Below are positions 58,501-64,000 of a stretch of DNA of 64,000 bases, piece after piece; position 1 is the first letter of the stretch; every line of letters begins with the position of its first letter. Source of the DNA: Dimorphilus gyrociliatus (taxonomy: Eukaryota > Animalia > Annelida); NCBI GenBank assembly GCA_904063045.1, contig CAJFCJ010000020.1, positions 922,916-986,915 of the forward strand. Reading direction: 5' to 3'. The position numbers were made by a program, and so were the translations under genes. The notes under the pieces are model-generated. The model ran no database searches. It was not told the origin of the DNA and saw only the letters and a program-made list of their open reading frames with translations.

Positions 58501-60031
58501 ACCTAATGATCATTGTAATTTTTTAACAGTAAAAGTATTTAGTCTTGTTAATTTCTATAAAATCTCTTATTTAAACAATGAATTAATTTGATTCTTTCAC
58601 GTGATGTTAATTAATATATGCACAATTATACATTCATGGACATTATAATTAATTCTGAGAAGTTCTTAACCTTTGTCATCCAATGAAAATTTAAATAGGT
58701 ATTAATTATTCAAATCGTAGGATATTTAAAAGTTCTATATACTGTATTATATGGAAAATGCAGTAACGTAAAAATTGACAAGTGTCTAAATCCGACAGGT
58801 GCCGCTAACTTGGATCGACTTGATAAAGCACGAGGATCTAAAGAATTTCAACATTTCAATTCTAAATATATGAGTTTAAGACAAAGGGAAGAGGGATTAA
58901 TCTTTGAAATTACTGAAAGAAAGGAGTTTGTTAAAAAAAAGAGAATGGAATTGATTGCGGCAGAGGAGAAATTAAAAGATTCTTTGGCTGTACTTAACAA
59001 GGTTGAAGCATCGAGAAGGCATATGGAAATTGAACACGAGGAAAGAATGGCAAGGCTAAAAAGTTCTGCTGCCGAAGATATTGCTAAGAAAAATAATGCA
59101 ACCCCGACCCACACACAATCTTCTTCAAACAATTTTACATCTTCTCCTGCTCTTCAGAGGCTTCAATCAGGGGTTCCTATTTCGTCTTCGATTCCAACAA
59201 CTGCTCAGCAACAACTAGCAGAAGCCATGACAGGCTTAGCAAATATTCAGCAAAAGTTACCTAATCAAGAGATTGTAACAAAGGAGCGGCAAGTTCAGGA
59301 AGCTGTTAAAGCCGCAGAAGGAAGACGAATGCAAAATTTTGGAGTTCCAGTTATGCAACCAATGATGCCCGACCATTTTATGCCCAACTTAAATTCATTG
59401 GGCGCTATGAGACAACAACAGTGGATGCCACCAGCGTTAGCTGCTCAACAAGTTCCAAGAAAAATGTTGAAAAATAGTATCAAAATCCCACCTTTTCACC
59501 TAACTAATCAAGTACCTGTTTCAATACCACAAGCTTCCATTCCCCCAAATTTTCGCCCTGGTCAACCTAACATCAATCAGATTTCTGCAGTTAACCCACA
59601 AACAAATCACTCATCTCTTCCACCCAATCCCCAAATGAAATCGCCTAAATCCCGTTCCGTCAAAGAAGGCGAAGAAGAAAAGAAGAAACCTGCTTGCGAC
59701 AGATGCTACAAAGAAGCCAACTATTTGTGTTCTAATTGTAAAAAGATTTGGTACTGCAGTTCAACGTGTCAAGTAAGCATTTTCATTTAAGATTTAAAAA
59801 ATTATTAACTTGTCCTGTATGAATACTAAAATTTCGCTTCAGTTATCTTATCTCACGTATCAGTATAAAAAAATCGAGTTTATCGCAAATTTGATATTTT
59901 ATCCAAATATTAAAAACTTTCATTCTAAAGCTATATAAGTGCATTTAGAGCTTATTTTTTTTACCAAATTATCCTAATTTCAGTACTCATCTTGGGAAGC
60001 CCACAGTCGGTTTTGTTTGAAAGCCAATTGA
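54104..60031 (+). CDS. Coiled-coil, Q/P-rich, C-terminal MYND zinc-finger protein. Firm exons 56108-56570, 58799-59772, 59984-60031; probable upstream exons 54088-54209, 54344-54406, 55814-55827
   Basis: CDRC-YKEANYL-CSNC-KKIWY-CSSTC|QYSSWEA-H-SRF-C is a complete MYND. Phase-compatible junctions; SIM-like DVICLSD. Confidence 0.82.
55508..55539. repeat. (AT)n microsatellite ending in TA-CTG-TA
   Basis: Perfect run followed by CTGTA. Confidence 0.9.
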
Positions 60032-60187
60032 AAAGAAAAGAGGGAGAAAATCTACAAGATCAGATATAGTAGCTCCATTGTTTGTTCTTTAAAGAATAAG
60101 AATTCGTGTTTATATTCAATTGTTAACTATTTTTTTATGTGTATTATATAATTTGAACAAATAAGTCTTACTAAAATATAAAAGGAA

Positions 60188-60916
60188 ATGTTAATCAAAC
60201 AATTGAAGACTGTTTATGCTGCAAAGAGATTTTATACATGTATAACCTATATGGAGAAAATTATTGAACAGCCTAGAAAGATTAAGAAAGCTCAACTATT
60301 GCCCAATGATACAATGATGGTGACTTGGTGGGATGGTCTACGACGAATTTATAATTTAAATGAACTAGAAAGTAATTATTCACCTTGGAATCGTATGACT
60401 TTTCAAACCAATAATGTACCGTACGTCGACTACGAGAAACTTGATCAACTCGAATCGAATATTGAGGAGTATGGGTTTTGTGCATTAAAAAACGTTCCCG
60501 AGGAAAAAGAAGGTCTATCCTATCTTCTTGGGAAAGTTCAGAGTTTCGCTGCGAATACGCTTCAAGCGCACATTTCAGAAAATTACAAAGAAACATTTAA
60601 GCTTGTTGATGGACTATGGGTAACTGATATTTTAAAGTCACGTTATCCAGATTCATTCCATATTTTATCCACGGTTGGAAAGAATATCAGAAATTTACCG
60701 ATCATTCAAAAATCCTCTAATGGGTACAATATTTACTACGATAGACATGCGATCCCAACTATGTTATCTACAATCGATGAAAATATGGTTGAGGCAGTCT
60801 CAGATGCTCTAAAGAATTGGCAATGCATTCTAGAAGATAGACGAAACTGTTTACATTTCAGCCTACCGATGGGACAAATTTTATTTGTAAAAACAAATAG
60901 GATTCTCTTTGTTTAA
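60188..60916 (+). CDS. Intronless gamma-butyrobetaine/trimethyllysine dioxygenase-like protein lacking catalytic residues (242 aa)
   Basis: IKKAQLL...VTWWDG, EEYGFCALKNVP, LVDGLWV..ILK..YPDSFHILS, PII and FSLPMGQILFVKTNRIL align by eye to BBOX1; the HxD motif and distal His are absent. Confidence 0.8.
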   Translation: MLIKQLKTVYAAKRFYTCITYMEKIIEQPRKIKKAQLLPNDTMMVTWWDGLRRIYNLNELESNYSPWNRMTFQTNNVPYVDYEKLDQLESNIEEYGFCALKNVPEEKEGLSYLLGKVQSFAANTLQAHISENYKETFKLVDGLWVTDILKSRYPDSFHILSTVGKNIRNLPIIQKSSNGYNIYYDRHAIPTMLSTIDENMVEAVSDALKNWQCILEDRRNCLHFSLPMGQILFVKTNRILFV

Positions 60917-61754
60917 CGAAGTGGACAATGACGAATAGCAGAATCGAGAGGTGATACTTTATCATAATTAGGCAACCTTACACATCAAAAGTGAATCACT
61001 TGAAAGAAAATATCTCTAGCAGTATAAATAATTTTTTTAAAAGTTAATCTTGCGTTGATTGTAACTTTACCTGATTTTGAAGAAGAGTGTTAGAATTATA
61101 AGAAAACAGTTTCAATAGTAAAATTTATGGAGCCATTTAGCAGTTCTAGTATCTTATTAACTCTGTACGTTGTTTTTATGTTGAAAAACAAACAAACAAA
61201 CGTATTTTCTCCGTTTTATTCTGCCTTTGTCTTATTTCCTTACAATTAAATATTAGATAGTAAAAATGTCTACATGTTGTATGTAATATGGATAATGTAT
61301 ATAGTACTTGTGAAAACTTATTAATATTATTTACGTATGTTTATACGGAGAAAGACAATAGCTATTTTATATGAATATTGAAATTTCTTCATATCTTTTT
61401 ATAACAAAATAAAATAATATATTGTTTTAATTTATTGTTAGAGGTTTTTCAAGAAATATAGTAGATTGAAAATATTACAAAAATCTTCAATTTGCTGTTC
61501 TCATTCCCTTTTTAAGTCTCATGTAAATTTTAAAGGCTAAAACTTTATTTAAGAATAAATAAATGAGCAAGAGTTAATTTCATTCATTTATTTTCTCTCT
61601 GCCCCAACCCCCTCCCTTCCTTCTCTATCTCTCTCTTTCTCTTTCTATATCACCTTTTAGTTTTTGTCTTCTTTATTTCTTTTCCTTTTCTTTTCTTATC
61701 TCAAAATCCTGAATTAAACAAACGTTGACAGTTCCATTACCCTATGTACATTGA

Positions 61755-62149
61755 TTACAGCAGAGATTCTTCATTAGGCTCACTCTCGTCAGAAGTGATG
61801 TAATATAAATTCTCATCATCTTCCGAACAGTCTATAAAGTCTTGACTTTCATCGTTTCCCTTTACTAAACAGTTTAAGCACTGAAAAGAAAGAAAATCTG
61901 TGAGAAATGTATTAAATTTTACGGCTCCTTTAATTGTTTATCACTTTCAATACAGCATTACCAAACATAGCTCAATGCATAATATTAATATTCATAACCT
62001 AAAACTTATTTGTTAGTATGATTAAGTGAAAATAATCAGACTATCAAGACTAATTTTGTAATCGTTTATTTCATTTCTTAACAACTCTTAACAACGATAT
62101 CGATAATCTTCCTATACTTCATCTTCACATGTCATAATCATTTCAATAT
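61755..62149 (-). CDS. Probable 3' end of an unidentified gene (acidic terminal exon 61880-61755; possible exon 62149-62118)
   Basis: Strong acceptor ttttctttcttttcAG, 41 open codons CLNCLVKGNDESQDFIDCSEDDENLYYITSDESEPNEESLL*; upstream exons not resolved. Confidence 0.45.
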
Positions 62150-64000
62150 CTGAGTTTTTAAAGATACAAATATAGGTTATACTTTCTCTTATCGTTTTTG
62201 AATAATAGACAAATATCTCTTTCGGTGCTTTACCTTTTATAAAAGTAGCTTATATTAAATTCTGTTTATCCTTTTCTGTACAAAGCAGGAGATCCTCAGA
62301 TGGGCAAAAGTTATTGAACTAGATCGGGAATGTTCTAATTTTGGTACTGATTAGTCTTATAAATAATACATAAGTACTGTATATGCTAGAGGCCGTTACT
62401 GTAATTGCTCAATTTACAGAATGGATGATATATTGAAAGAAATTCACAATTTCTATATATGAAATCATTTAATTTCGCTCTATTTACATTCTTAAATAAA
62501 TCCTTCATTAAAATTATTGTACAGGTTATAGAAACTATTGACGTTGCATACTGTAAGGAGAATGATACTATCGTATATAATTTAAAATATACAGCTACAG
62601 TTGGGATATTTATTCATATATAAAGTTAAATACCAAGTCAGATTTAGGATGCTAAGGATTTAAGACGAAATTATCATTTAGGTAAAAAACCAGGATTAAC
62701 GTTGGATTTACATTGTAATATAAACATTAATATTCAATGCATATTTCTTCAAGGTTAAATGAACAGGTAAAAAAGAAATTCTTTATTCAGATAAATTGAA
62801 TTTTTTTAACCTACACGCTATTATTCATCGATTTTGTAGTTAAAGAAAGAGCCTTCACTCTAAAAGCTATTATACTCTCAAGGCCATAGATTAATATATT
62901 TTTTGAAATCTTTAGAAGTATATCAATATATTTTTACAAAAAAAAGGAAGAAATTCTATTTCTAGTTTTCTTTTCTTGACTGTCAACAACAGTATGCTAT
63001 ACATTGAGGTCATTATCAATTATATAATAAAGAATAGATTTAATAAGCTATCATTCTCTTAGAATACTGTTGTAATGCATAAAATAGTAATATGATAAAT
63101 ACATAGCTCCATTCTAGAAATAGAATAACACCTTTTGTGACAAATCACCAGTTCATATTTCTTGAATATATTAAAATCACACCAGAGATAATATATGTTC
63201 AATTCTTCTATTTAAAACAAACCATATTTTTTTAGTTGTAAGGTACTTGAGATATTGCATTTTTTTTTACTTACTTCCTCATATTTCAATCATTTTAACA
63301 GTAAAAATGATAAGTAATAGCACTTTAATCATTTATCTTTTACTAATTTTCGAATTAATATAAAATATTCTATTTATTCATTAATCTTCAAAAAAAACAT
63401 GTAAATCAATTTACATGTGTTTATCCGATAAGCCTTTTTCTCGTCTTAATTAGTTTTATACTAAGTACAAGAGAAAAATCAATCAAAACAATTAGACTTG
63501 CTACAATTTAGTTATTGTTATCAGCTTGAAAAGAACATTTAAACTTTATTGATTAAACTGAGTACTATAATATAATCGTTTGTCTGCCAATGAAAATATA
63601 ATAATCAACGGTCTACTCTACATTATTTCTCTCATTTGATAACACTAGCCTTCGTCTATTCTTTTAAAAGATTAGATAGCAGTATAAAATTTCTATGGTG
63701 AATTTAGAGCAATTTACCCATCACTTTGCCTTAACTCAAGAACGTAATACTAATAATAAATTAGAGAATATTTACAAATAGTAACCCAATATCTATGAAA
63801 CAACTCATTTTGTGGCGTAATACGTGCAAGGGTAAAATTTTAAAGAGACTGCAATATTCCTAGTTGAAAAAGTCTACTCATTATATTGATTATCATGGGA
63901 GTACGTAATTTGAACTGCCTGTCCAAAGTAAAAGAAAGAAAGGTGAATAAGATAGAAAAGAAATAGACGGATAAAAGCGATTAGCTATTCATTTTCCTTC

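Overview
AT-rich (roughly 70% by eye), gene-dense metazoan DNA with many 45-75 nt GT-AG introns, consistent with a compact lophotrochozoan (possibly annelid) genome; the taxon is inference. All gene models were spliced by hand. In order: 3' part of an NCAM/Fasciclin-2/apCAM gene (+), cullin-1 (-, 15 coding exons), an LDLa-TM-PPxY membrane protein (+), an astacin with four ShK domains (-), and a disabled GRL101-like LRR-GPCR (-) with a CUB/SRCR/C-type-lectin/LDLa ectodomain and an apparent kinase-like tail. Then two tandem ELOVL elongases (+), an orphan 274-aa gene (-), GGACT plus downstream ATG-less exons (+), a CCAP/NPS/vasopressin-family GPCR (+), a 1.66-kb IR/DR Tc1 element and an older Tc3-like relic, a coiled-coil/MYND gene (+), an intronless BBOX/TMLHE-like pseudoenzyme (+), and a probable 3' gene end (-). 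No rRNA, tRNA or CRISPR found. Highlights: the candidate GPCR-pseudokinase fusion, window-wide excess of TA-CAG/CTG-TA motifs matching Tc1/mariner excision footprints, unannotated NCAM GPI and micro-exons, patchy gene conversion between the ELOVLs, and the dead dioxygenase.
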